The notes under the pieces were generated by a model. The model was given only the letters and a program-made list of their open reading frames with translations, was not told the DNA's origin and searched no databases. Shown one piece after another: positions 56,562 through 64,000 of a DNA stretch of 64,000 nucleotides. The stretch's first letter is position 1. Every line of letters begins with the position of its first letter. The DNA is taken from the NCBI GenBank assembly GCA_964225545.1, contig CAXQPB010000034.1, positions 23,853-87,852 of the forward strand. Direction: 5' to 3'. The translations under genes and the position numbers were made by a program. This DNA comes from Nitrosopumilus sp. (GTDB taxonomy: Bacteria; Desulfobacterota; Binatia; UBA1149; SPBQ01).

Positions 56562-58583
56562 TCAGGCCAGCGCGTCCGCGACCAGTTCGAGAATATCGCG
56601 GGTCTGAACGGTCGCGTCCGCCTGTTTCTCTTTCACGCCGTCGCTGAGCATCGTCATGCAGTACGGACACGCTGATGCGATCACGTCGGGTTCGGTTCCG
56701 AGCAGTTGCTCGACGCGTAACGTGTTCACGCGCTGGGTCGGCTCTTCGTCGATCCACATTCGCCCGCCGCCGGCGCCGCAGCACATTCCTTTGTTCTTGC
56801 TGCGACCGGCTTCCTTGCGGATCACTCCAGGCAGCGCTTCGAGAATCTGCCGGGGTGCGTCGTAGACGTCGTTGTAACGGCCGAGGTAGCACGAATCGTG
56901 GTAGACGATCGATGCCGCCTTTCCGTTGGAGAGCTGCACCTTGCCCTCCTTGATGAGGTCCGCGACCAGCTCGGAGGCGTGTACACACTCGTAGTTACCG
57001 CCGAACTGCGAGAACTCGTTCGCGATGGTGTTGAAGCAGTGCGGGCAGTTCGTGATGACCTTCTTGACGTTGTAGCCATTGAACGTCTCGACGGCCACGG
57101 ACGCCATGCTCTGGTACAGGTACTCGTTGCCGAGCCGGCGAGCCGTATCGCCGTTGCAGGGCTCTTCTTTTCCGAGGATCGCGTAGCTCACCCCGGCTGC
57201 GTCGAGGATCTTCGCCACCGACTTTGTGATCTTCTTGGCGCGGTCGTCGAACGACCCGGCGCAGCCGACGAAGAACAGATACTCGGCGTCGGGTTTCTCC
57301 GAGATGTGCGGGATATTGAGTCCTTCCGCCCACTCATCACGCTTGTCGGAACCGACGCCCCACGGGTTGCTCTGCCGCTCCATGCCGTTGAAGGTGCGCG
57401 TCAGCTCGGGCGGGAAGTCGGCCATCTCCTGGACGAGGTAGCGGCGCATGTCGACGATCTTGTCGACGTACTCGATGTGCACAGGACACGCCTCTTCGCA
57501 CGCACGACACGTGTTGCAGGCCCAGATGACCTCCGCAGTCACGCCCGTATGTTCACCGATGACGACCTCCTCGTTTTCGGGATCCATCACCGACTCGGGG
57601 TGCTCGTACAGGTAATTGCGCAGATCGAGAAGCATCTGGCGCGGAGCCAGCGGTTTGGTCGTCGCGGTTGCCGGGCACTCGGCTGAGCAGCGACCGCACT
57701 CGGTGCAGGTGTACATGTCGAGCACCTGCTTCCAGTCGAAGTGCTTCATCTGCGAGGTGCCGTAGATCGCGTCTTCGCTCTCGAGGTCCTGCTTCGACAG
57801 CCGGCCGTACGGCTCGAGTTTGGTGAAGAAGACGTTCGGGATCGATGTGATCACGTGGAAGTGCTTCGACAGCGGGAGCAGGTTCAGGAAGGTCAGAACG
57901 ACCAGGTTGTGGATCCACCACGATGCGTTGCTGACGTTGAGGGCGGTGTCCTTGCCGAACCCGGCGAGGAAGTTCGCCGCCAGGGTCGAGATCGGCGCCC
58001 ACTTGCGTTCCAGGTCGGTGTGATGCTCGCCGTCGAGGAAGACCATCCGCCCGCCGTCGTACAGGATGCCGGTCATGCAGATCGTCGAGATGAAGCACAG
58101 GATAAGGATCGCCTCCCAGTGCGACTCTCCGGCAAGCTTGGTCTCGGCCGGCTGGAAACCGTACAGACGCTTCGGGTGCGTAATCAGCCAGCGCACCAGA
58201 AGCGCAATCGCGCAGCAGATGACGACCGCCTCCATGATGTCGCGGACGAACATATAGGGGCCGCCCAGCATGTCGGGGCTCAGCAGAGGCAGATAAGCAT
58301 CCGGCAGCCATCCACGCAGGAACATCGTCGTGACCTGCGCGCCGAGGACCAGGAAACCCCAGAAAACGAGCGCGTGAATAATCCCCGCCGGTTGATCCTG
58401 GCCGGGATTGAAGAACTTCATCTGCGCGATCGCGCCGACGAGCATCTGTTTGATGCGCTCGGGCATGCGATCGAAGCGCGGTGCAGAGCGGAGCTTGCCC
58501 AGCACCCGCAACCTACGCCACATCTGCCACGAGAACAGGCTCAGGAAGCCAAGCAGACATACAGTCCAGATCAATGCGCTCAC
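56562..58583 (-). CDS. Membrane-bound (Fe-S)-binding oxidoreductase, HdrD/GlcF-like (two 4Fe-4S ferredoxin motifs plus CCG domains, N-terminal polytopic membrane domain); EtfAB-associated type
   Basis: The N-terminal 5-6 TM region is followed by CTECGRCSAECP, CNTCRACEEACP and Cys-rich CCG-type repeats (CNGD, CCGAGGG, CPYC). Confidence 0.8.
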   Translation of the reverse strand: MSALIWTVCLLGFLSLFSWQMWRRLRVLGKLRSAPRFDRMPERIKQMLVGAIAQMKFFNPGQDQPAGIIHALVFWGFLVLGAQVTTMFLRGWLPDAYLPLLSPDMLGGPYMFVRDIMEAVVICCAIALLVRWLITHPKRLYGFQPAETKLAGESHWEAILILCFISTICMTGILYDGGRMVFLDGEHHTDLERKWAPISTLAANFLAGFGKDTALNVSNASWWIHNLVVLTFLNLLPLSKHFHVITSIPNVFFTKLEPYGRLSKQDLESEDAIYGTSQMKHFDWKQVLDMYTCTECGRCSAECPATATTKPLAPRQMLLDLRNYLYEHPESVMDPENEEVVIGEHTGVTAEVIWACNTCRACEEACPVHIEYVDKIVDMRRYLVQEMADFPPELTRTFNGMERQSNPWGVGSDKRDEWAEGLNIPHISEKPDAEYLFFVGCAGSFDDRAKKITKSVAKILDAAGVSYAILGKEEPCNGDTARRLGNEYLYQSMASVAVETFNGYNVKKVITNCPHCFNTIANEFSQFGGNYECVHASELVADLIKEGKVQLSNGKAASIVYHDSCYLGRYNDVYDAPRQILEALPGVIRKEAGRSKNKGMCCGAGGGRMWIDEEPTQRVNTLRVEQLLGTEPDVIASACPYCMTMLSDGVKEKQADATVQTRDILELVADALA

Positions 58584-58655
58584 GAATTTCCTCCAGTCAC
58601 GTCACGAGGCCCGTGCGGGCGCTGATTTAACCCCACCAGAGCATCGCTTGCAATC

Positions 58656-59186
58656 TTGAGCGCCGACGTGAAAGTGTTCGCAGCAGTGCGAGAAAGACCA
58701 CGAAAAAACTGTTTTTTCCTGTCAGTCCGCGCGCTTTTCCTGTTCGGAGTCGTCTTCAGCGGTGGATCGTGCAGCGACGCATCGGATTCACGCGTGATCC
58801 TGCAAGGTGACGGACGAGAGGTGCCTGTCACGGTCGAGTTCGCTCTGACTCCGGCGAGTCAGGCCCGCGGACTCATGTGGCGCGACGAGCTCGCTGCCGA
58901 CCGCGGTATGCTCTTCGTCTTCGGCGACTCACGCCCACGCTCGTTCTGGATGAAGAACACCCCATTGCCGCTCGACATCATCTACATCAGCGAGGACGCG
59001 CGGATCGTCTCGATCGCGGAACGAACCACGCCATACTCGACGAAGTCCATCCCCTCTGGCCTGCCCGCGCGGTACGTCCTCGAGGTGAACGGCGGATTCT
59101 GCGAAGAGCACGGTGTCACAGCCGGCTCACAGGTGGTGTTGCCGAAGATTCCGCCGAAACCGGCAGCCGCACGAACGGCACCCTAA
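58656..59186 (+). CDS. DUF192 domain protein with signal peptide
   Basis: The DUF192 core MLFVF...[15 protein letters not shown]...YVLEV is present. The start is uncertain (TTG at 58656 or GTG at 58686). Confidence 0.6.
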   Translation: MSADVKVFAAVRERPRKNCFFLSVRALFLFGVVFSGGSCSDASDSRVILQGDGREVPVTVEFALTPASQARGLMWRDELAADRGMLFVFGDSRPRSFWMKNTPLPLDIIYISEDARIVSIAERTTPYSTKSIPSGLPARYVLEVNGGFCEEHGVTAGSQVVLPKIPPKPAAARTAP

Positions 59187-59488
59187 GTACCCGTCCGGGC
59201 ACGCGGATTTCCTTGTCTTGGTGCCGCTTTGGCGTTATCCAAGCGGTTGCGCGGTCGGGGGTGCACCGACCGGGCGAATGCCTCATGACCGCTCCGGGAG
59301 TCCGGCCGACGCGGTCGGCGGGACGGGATAACTTTCAGCGGGATCCACCGGGATTCAGCAGGATTCGACGAGACGCGGCATCGAGCGGCACGACCCGGCC
59401 TGAACCGGCCTGCACCCGTCAACCGCACTGCCGATCTGTTTCGGGCAGCAGCGAGCCGGATCAACGGCAACGAGGACTTTGGAACGAT

Positions 59489-61039
59489 ATGGCGAGGAGT
59501 GAGGTTCTGGAAGAACTGGGCCGGCGCGAGGCGGAAGCGGAAGGCGGCGGCGGTCCCGAGCGGATAGCGAAACGGCACGAGCGCGGGCTGATGACAGCCA
59601 GGGAGCGCGTCGAGGCGCTCTTCGATCCGGGCAGCTTCGTCGAGATCGACAAGCTGAGGGTGCACCGCTGCAACGACTTCGGCATGGAGAATTCGCGGGT
59701 TGCCGGTGACGGCATCGTAACCGGCCACGGAACCGTCGAGGGTCGAACCGTTTTCGCGTTCGCGCAGGACTTCACCGTGCTCGGCGGCAGCCTCAGCCAC
59801 ACCGTTGCCGAGAAGATCTGCAAGGTACTCGAGCTCGCGATGAAAGCCGGCGCTCCGGTCGTCGGATTGAACGACTCGGGAGGCGCGCGCATCCAGGAAG
59901 GCGTCGAGAGCCTCGGCGGCTACGCGGATATTTTCTGCGCGAACACGCTCGCGTCCGGTGTCATCCCGCAGATCTCCGGGATTCTCGGACCCTGCGCCGG
60001 CGGCGCGACCTACTCCCCTGCCCTGACCGACTTCATCTTCATGGTCGACAAGACCAGCTTCATGTTCATCACCGGGCCGGAGGTCATCAAATCGGTCACG
60101 CGTGAAGAGGTGACGCAGGAAGACCTCGGCGGAGGCGCGACCCACAACTCGCGCAGTGGCGTCGCACACTTCCTGGCCGGCAACGATGCCGAGTGCATCG
60201 CGATGATCCGCAGGCTGCTCGGCTACCTTCCCCTGAACAATATGGAAGACCCGCCGGTCGTCGAATGTGACGATCCGCTTGATCGACTCACGACCGAGCT
60301 CGAGGGTGTGGTGCCGGACAACCCGAATCAGCCCTACGACGTCCATACGATCATCGACGCGACGGCCGACCGCGACAGCTTTTTCGAGGTCCACGCGAGC
60401 TTCGCACGCAACGCCGTTGTCGGGTTCGCGCGTATCGGCGGGCGCAGCATCGGCATCGTCGCGAACAACCCGATGGTCCTCGCAGGCTGCCTCGATGTCG
60501 ACGCGTCGAACAAGATCGCCCGCTTCATCCGTTTCTGCGACTGCTTCAACATTCCGATCGTGACGTTCGAGGATGTCCCCGGCTACCTGCCCGGCACCTC
60601 GCAGGAGTGGGGCGGCATCATCCGGCATGGCGCGAAGATCGTGTACGCCTATGCGGAGGCCACGGTGCCGAAGATCACGCTGATCACGCGCAAGGCCTAC
60701 GGCGGCGCCTACTGCGTGATGGGCTCGAAGCACATCCGCGCCGACGTGAACATGGCCTACCCCAACGCCGAGATCGCGGTCATGGGGGCCGACGGCGCGG
60801 TCAACATCATCTTCCGCGGTGAGCTCAAGAAAGCCGAAGACGCGCAGGCGCGTCGAACCGAGCTGGTTGACGATTACCGCCGCCGCTTCGCGACGCCGTT
60901 CCGGGCGGCCGAGCTGGGTTATATCGACGAGGTCGTCACCCCTTCGCAGACCCGGGTTCGTATCGCGCAGTCGCTGGCAATGCTCGCCAACAAACGCGAC
61001 ACGAATCCGCCCAAGAAGCACGGCAACATTCCGCTCTGA
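59489..61039 (+). CDS. mmdA: Methylmalonyl-CoA decarboxylase alpha subunit (carboxyltransferase, PccB/12S family)
   Basis: This is a 516-aa acyl-CoA carboxyltransferase ([25 protein letters not shown]...[18 protein letters not shown]). It heads an operon with OadG-like, biotin-carrier and OadB-like genes. The track ORF is trimmed to the ATG at 59489. Confidence 0.8.
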   Translation: MARSEVLEELGRREAEAEGGGGPERIAKRHERGLMTARERVEALFDPGSFVEIDKLRVHRCNDFGMENSRVAGDGIVTGHGTVEGRTVFAFAQDFTVLGGSLSHTVAEKICKVLELAMKAGAPVVGLNDSGGARIQEGVESLGGYADIFCANTLASGVIPQISGILGPCAGGATYSPALTDFIFMVDKTSFMFITGPEVIKSVTREEVTQEDLGGGATHNSRSGVAHFLAGNDAECIAMIRRLLGYLPLNNMEDPPVVECDDPLDRLTTELEGVVPDNPNQPYDVHTIIDATADRDSFFEVHASFARNAVVGFARIGGRSIGIVANNPMVLAGCLDVDASNKIARFIRFCDCFNIPIVTFEDVPGYLPGTSQEWGGIIRHGAKIVYAYAEATVPKITLITRKAYGGAYCVMGSKHIRADVNMAYPNAEIAVMGADGAVNIIFRGELKKAEDAQARRTELVDDYRRRFATPFRAAELGYIDEVVTPSQTRVRIAQSLAMLANKRDTNPPKKHGNIPL

Positions 61040-61084
61040 TTGCGGATTCGAGACGTGGACCCAGCGATCACGAGCGGGCTCAAC

Positions 61085-61384
61085 ATGACCGTCGTCGGAC
61101 TGGCGACGGTCTTCGCCGCGCTTGCGCTGCTCCTCGCTGTCGTAACGGTCACGAGCCGGATTCTCGATCGGTTCGAATTGTCTTCCGCCGAACCGGTCTC
61201 ACGGACCGGCGACGACCCTGCAGACCGGCCGCAAACCGGTCGAGCGAACGACGAAACGCTCGCCCGCGTCGCGGTGGCTGCGTACGCGCTTCATTGCGCG
61301 CACCGGGTTCACGTCCGGTGGCCCTCCGCGGCCTCGCCCTGGCTGCGGGCGGGCAGGCAGGACCAGGTCGATCACAACAGGTAG
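61085..61384 (+). CDS. OadG-like small membrane subunit (decarboxylase delta/gamma), His-rich C-terminus
   Basis: A single TM helix (MTVVGLATVFAALALLLAVVTV) and a C-terminal AAYALHCAHRVH, reminiscent of the OadG His-rich tail, are present. The gene sits between the carboxyltransferase and biotin-carrier genes. Confidence 0.5.
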   Translation: MTVVGLATVFAALALLLAVVTVTSRILDRFELSSAEPVSRTGDDPADRPQTGRANDETLARVAVAAYALHCAHRVHVRWPSAASPWLRAGRQDQVDHNR

Positions 61385-61390
61385 GGCACG

Positions 61391-61861
61391 GTGACGGTCT
61401 ATCGCGTAAAGACAGGAGGAAAGGAATACGAGGTCACCGTCCGTGACACACCCGGAGGCGGGGCGGAAGTCACTGTCGAAGGGCAGACTTTCCACGTCGA
61501 CGCGGCGGGCGATGGATCCGGGGCCTCGGCCACAAACCGACCTCCAACCCCGGCACCGGTACCTGCGCCGGCGACCACGCCGATCAGGCTTGCCGCCACT
61601 GCCGTATCCACCGCCGAACCCGCTGCGCATGCACGTGTCCGATCGGGAGCGGGCGCGGTTGTTGCTCCGCTTCCGGGCGTTGTGACACGGATTCTCGTGG
61701 CTGTCGGTGATCGCGTCGAGGCCGGACAGGTGGTCCTCAAGCTCGAGGCGATGAAGATGGAGAACGATATCTCGACCGCGGTGGCAGGAACCGTCAGGCA
61801 CGTCGAGGTCGCAGACGGGGCGGAAGTCAGCGACGGCCAGCTGCTCATGGTCGTCGAGTAA
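61391..61861 (+). CDS. mmdC: Biotin carboxyl carrier subunit of Na+-translocating decarboxylase (Ala/Pro-rich linker plus biotinyl domain)
   Basis: A GTG start is present. A Pro/Ala linker precedes PGVVTRILVAVGDRVEAGQVVLKLEAMKMENDI. Confidence 0.75.
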   Translation: MTVYRVKTGGKEYEVTVRDTPGGGAEVTVEGQTFHVDAAGDGSGASATNRPPTPAPVPAPATTPIRLAATAVSTAEPAAHARVRSGAGAVVAPLPGVVTRILVAVGDRVEAGQVVLKLEAMKMENDISTAVAGTVRHVEVADGAEVSDGQLLMVVE

Positions 61862-61875
61862 ACAGAGCGCGCACA

Positions 61876-62997
61876 ATGATCGACGCGCTTCTCAATTTTT
61901 TCGCGGGCACAGGCTTCGCTCTTTTTCCGCGAAACCCTCTGAACCTCATCATGGTCGGCGTCGGGCTGACCCTGATCGGTCTCGCGATACGCAAGCAATA
62001 CGAACCGCTGCTGCTGATTCCGATCGGCTTCGGCATGATCATGGGAAACATTCCGGGTGCCGGGGCATCACCGGATGAACCCGGAGTCATCCACTATCTG
62101 TACTTCGGCATCCGCCATGAGATCTATCCGGCGCTGATCTTTCTCGGCCTCGGTGCAATGACCGACTTCTCCGCGCTGCTCTCACAACCCAGGCTGATGC
62201 TGCTCGGCGCAGCAGCCCAGGTGGGAATCTTCGCGACCTACTGGGGCGCCCTTCAGCTCGGCTTCACACCGCAGGAAGCCGGCTCGATCGGGATCATCGG
62301 CGGAGCCGACGGGCCGACCACGATCTTCATTACCGCTGCGCTGGCACCCGAGCTGCTTCCGACCGTGGCGATCGCGGCCTACTCGTACATGGCGATGGTG
62401 CCGATCATCCAGCCGCCGATCGTTCGGCTGCTCACGACTCGCGAGGAACGGCGGATCCGGATGAAGGCTCCGCGAGAGGTGCGGAAGACGGAGCGGATCG
62501 TATTTCCGATCATCGGCTTCCTGACCTGCACTCTGGTCGCGCCCGCAGCGACGACCCTGCTGGGCATGTTCTTCTTCGGGAATCTGCTCAAAGAGAGCGG
62601 GGTTACCGACCGGCTGGCGGCGACCGCGAAGACCGCCTTCATCGACTCGGTGACCATCGTGCTGGGGATCTGCATCGGCGCCGGGGCATCCGCCGAGCGC
62701 TTTCTGCGACCGGAATCGTTGATGATCTTCGGGCTCGGCCTGGTGGCCTTCGCGGTGGCGACCGCCAGCGGGGTCCTCCTCGGCAAGCTGATGAACCGTT
62801 TTGCCCGCGATCCGATCAACCCGATCATCGGGGCCGCAGGAGTTTCGGCGGTCCCGATGGCCGCCCGGGTCGCCCTGACGACCGCCCAGCGCGAGGATCC
62901 GACGAATTTTCTGATCATGCACGCCATGGGGCCCAATGTCGCCGGTGTGATCGGCTCCGCTGTCGCGGCGGGTGTCTTACTATCGGTTCTGGGCTAA
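61876..62997 (+). CDS. mmdB: Sodium ion-translocating decarboxylase beta subunit (OadB/MmdB/GcdB family)
   Basis: This is a polytopic membrane protein with the conserved GGADGPT and [15 protein letters not shown] motifs of OadB. Confidence 0.85.
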   Translation: MIDALLNFFAGTGFALFPRNPLNLIMVGVGLTLIGLAIRKQYEPLLLIPIGFGMIMGNIPGAGASPDEPGVIHYLYFGIRHEIYPALIFLGLGAMTDFSALLSQPRLMLLGAAAQVGIFATYWGALQLGFTPQEAGSIGIIGGADGPTTIFITAALAPELLPTVAIAAYSYMAMVPIIQPPIVRLLTTREERRIRMKAPREVRKTERIVFPIIGFLTCTLVAPAATTLLGMFFFGNLLKESGVTDRLAATAKTAFIDSVTIVLGICIGAGASAERFLRPESLMIFGLGLVAFAVATASGVLLGKLMNRFARDPINPIIGAAGVSAVPMAARVALTTAQREDPTNFLIMHAMGPNVAGVIGSAVAAGVLLSVLG

Positions 62998-63044
62998 ACA
63001 TCTGGGGCAGGCACTGGACAAACGACGGAGGACTGACGGATCGA

Positions 63045-64000
63045 TGGCCGATTACAAGAAGCAGTACGAGGACTGGCAGGAGTCGACGCTGAACCCCGCG
63101 CTCAGTAAGAACGGCGAGCGCAAGGACCTTTTTGAGACAAGCTCGGGGATCCCGGTCGAGCGAATCTACGGCCCGGGCAACGGCGGCGGCTACCCCGACG
63201 GGCTCGGGCTTCCCGGCGTCTACCCGTTCACGCGGGGCGTCCAGCCGACCATGTACCGAGGTCGCCTCTGGACCATGAGGCAGTACGCCGGTTTCGGCAC
63301 CGCCGAGGAGTCCAACAAGCGTTACCGCTACCTGCTCGAGCAGGGAACGACCGGGCTCAGCGTGGCTTTCGATCTGCCGACCCAGATGGGTCGCGACTCG
63401 ACCCATGACCTGTCGACCGGTGAGGTCGGTAAGGTCGGCGTTGCAATCGACTCTCTCGAGGACATGGAAGTCCTCCTGAAGGACATCCCTCTCGACAAGG
63501 TCACGACTTCGATGACGATCAATGCGACCGCATCGATCCTGCTCGCGTTGTATCTCGTCGTCGCCGAGAAGCAGGGTGTGCCGTGGTCAAAGGTCGGCGG
63601 CACGATTCAGAACGACGTACTCAAGGAGTACATCGCGCGCGGGACGTACATCTACCCGCCGTCGGCGTCGATGCGGATCATCACCGACATCTTCGCGTTC
63701 TGCACCGAACACGTGCCTCGGTGGAACACGATTTCGATCAGTGGCTATCACATCCGTGAAGCCGGCTCGACGGCTGTTCAGGAAGTCGCGTTCACACTCG
63801 CGGACGCGATCGCATACGTCGACGCCGCGCTGAAAGTGGGGCTCGATATCGATGCGTTCGCCGGACGGCTCTCGTTCTTCTTCAACGTCCACAACAACTT
63901 CTTCGAGGAGATCGCGAAGTTCCGAGCCGCTCGCCGGCTGTGGGCCAAGATCATGCGGGAGCGATTCGGCGCGAAGAACCCGCGATCGTGGATGCTGCGA
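63045..64000 (+). CDS. Methylmalonyl-CoA mutase large subunit, N-terminal part (3' end outside window)
   Basis: I translated this region by hand, as it is not in the ORF track. [12 protein letters not shown]...[60 protein letters not shown] is the MCM substrate-binding barrel signature. The reading frame is still open at the window end. Confidence 0.85.

Noticed and set aside
59183-61021. 612-aa minus-strand ORF antisense to mmdA
   Set aside because: It is a shadow ORF of a clearly conserved carboxyltransferase gene.
1-64000. Search for CRISPR arrays, tRNA/rRNA genes, IS elements and tandem repeats
   Set aside because: There are no regularly spaced direct repeats, no tRNA-like cloverleaf candidates in the short intergenic regions, and no transposase-like ORFs. 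The window appears to be uninterrupted core chromosome.

Overview
This is a high-GC (about 68%) bacterial chromosomal segment with gene-dense core metabolism. There is no obvious mobile element, CRISPR array, tRNA or rRNA. I support about 60 protein-coding genes. Reading 5' to 3', the content is as follows.

- The 3' end of an RND efflux permease.
- hup (HU).
- A minus-strand run of ptsP, thiD-like, a DegT aminotransferase and a Sir2 deacylase.
- PBP1A.
- An HDAC-family deacetylase.
- tatA/B and tatC.
- An AsmA-family operon with two small unknown proteins.
- An enoyl-CoA hydratase.
- An alpha/beta hydrolase, a small zinc-finger protein and a lipoprotein.
- The conserved xerC-hslV-hslU block.
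- A contiguous arginine cluster, argB-argD-argF-argG-argH.
- A lipoprotein, a fabD paralogue, then lysA-dapF-dapA-dapB.
- folK and an fsa-type transaldolase.
- A PAS-HisKA-REC protein that lacks a catalytic ATPase domain.
- A PduO-type cobalamin adenosyltransferase.
- An MBL hydrolase.
- A monocistronic, promoter-to-terminator unit encoding a 684-aa secreted, extremely cysteine-rich protein with no recognisable family. This is the most novel-looking element in the window.
- An acyl-CoA catabolic operon: an MDR oxidoreductase, a 3-hydroxyacyl-CoA dehydrogenase and an aldehyde dehydrogenase.
- An ADP-ribosylglycohydrolase.
- A lipid-remodelling cluster: epimerase, PlsC-like acyltransferase, patatin and a HAD hydrolase.
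- A methylcrotonyl-CoA carboxylase with the alpha subunit split into a biotin carboxylase and a stand-alone BCCP.
- A formyltransferase.
- etfBA with a hybrid histidine kinase and a membrane-bound Fe-S oxidoreductase, the arrangement seen in syntrophs.
- A DUF192 protein.
- A complete Na+-translocating methylmalonyl-CoA decarboxylase operon, mmdA, delta, mmdC, mmdB.
- The 5' part of methylmalonyl-CoA mutase, directly after the decarboxylase operon.

The track also shows many long antisense ORFs. I treat these as high-GC shadow ORFs.
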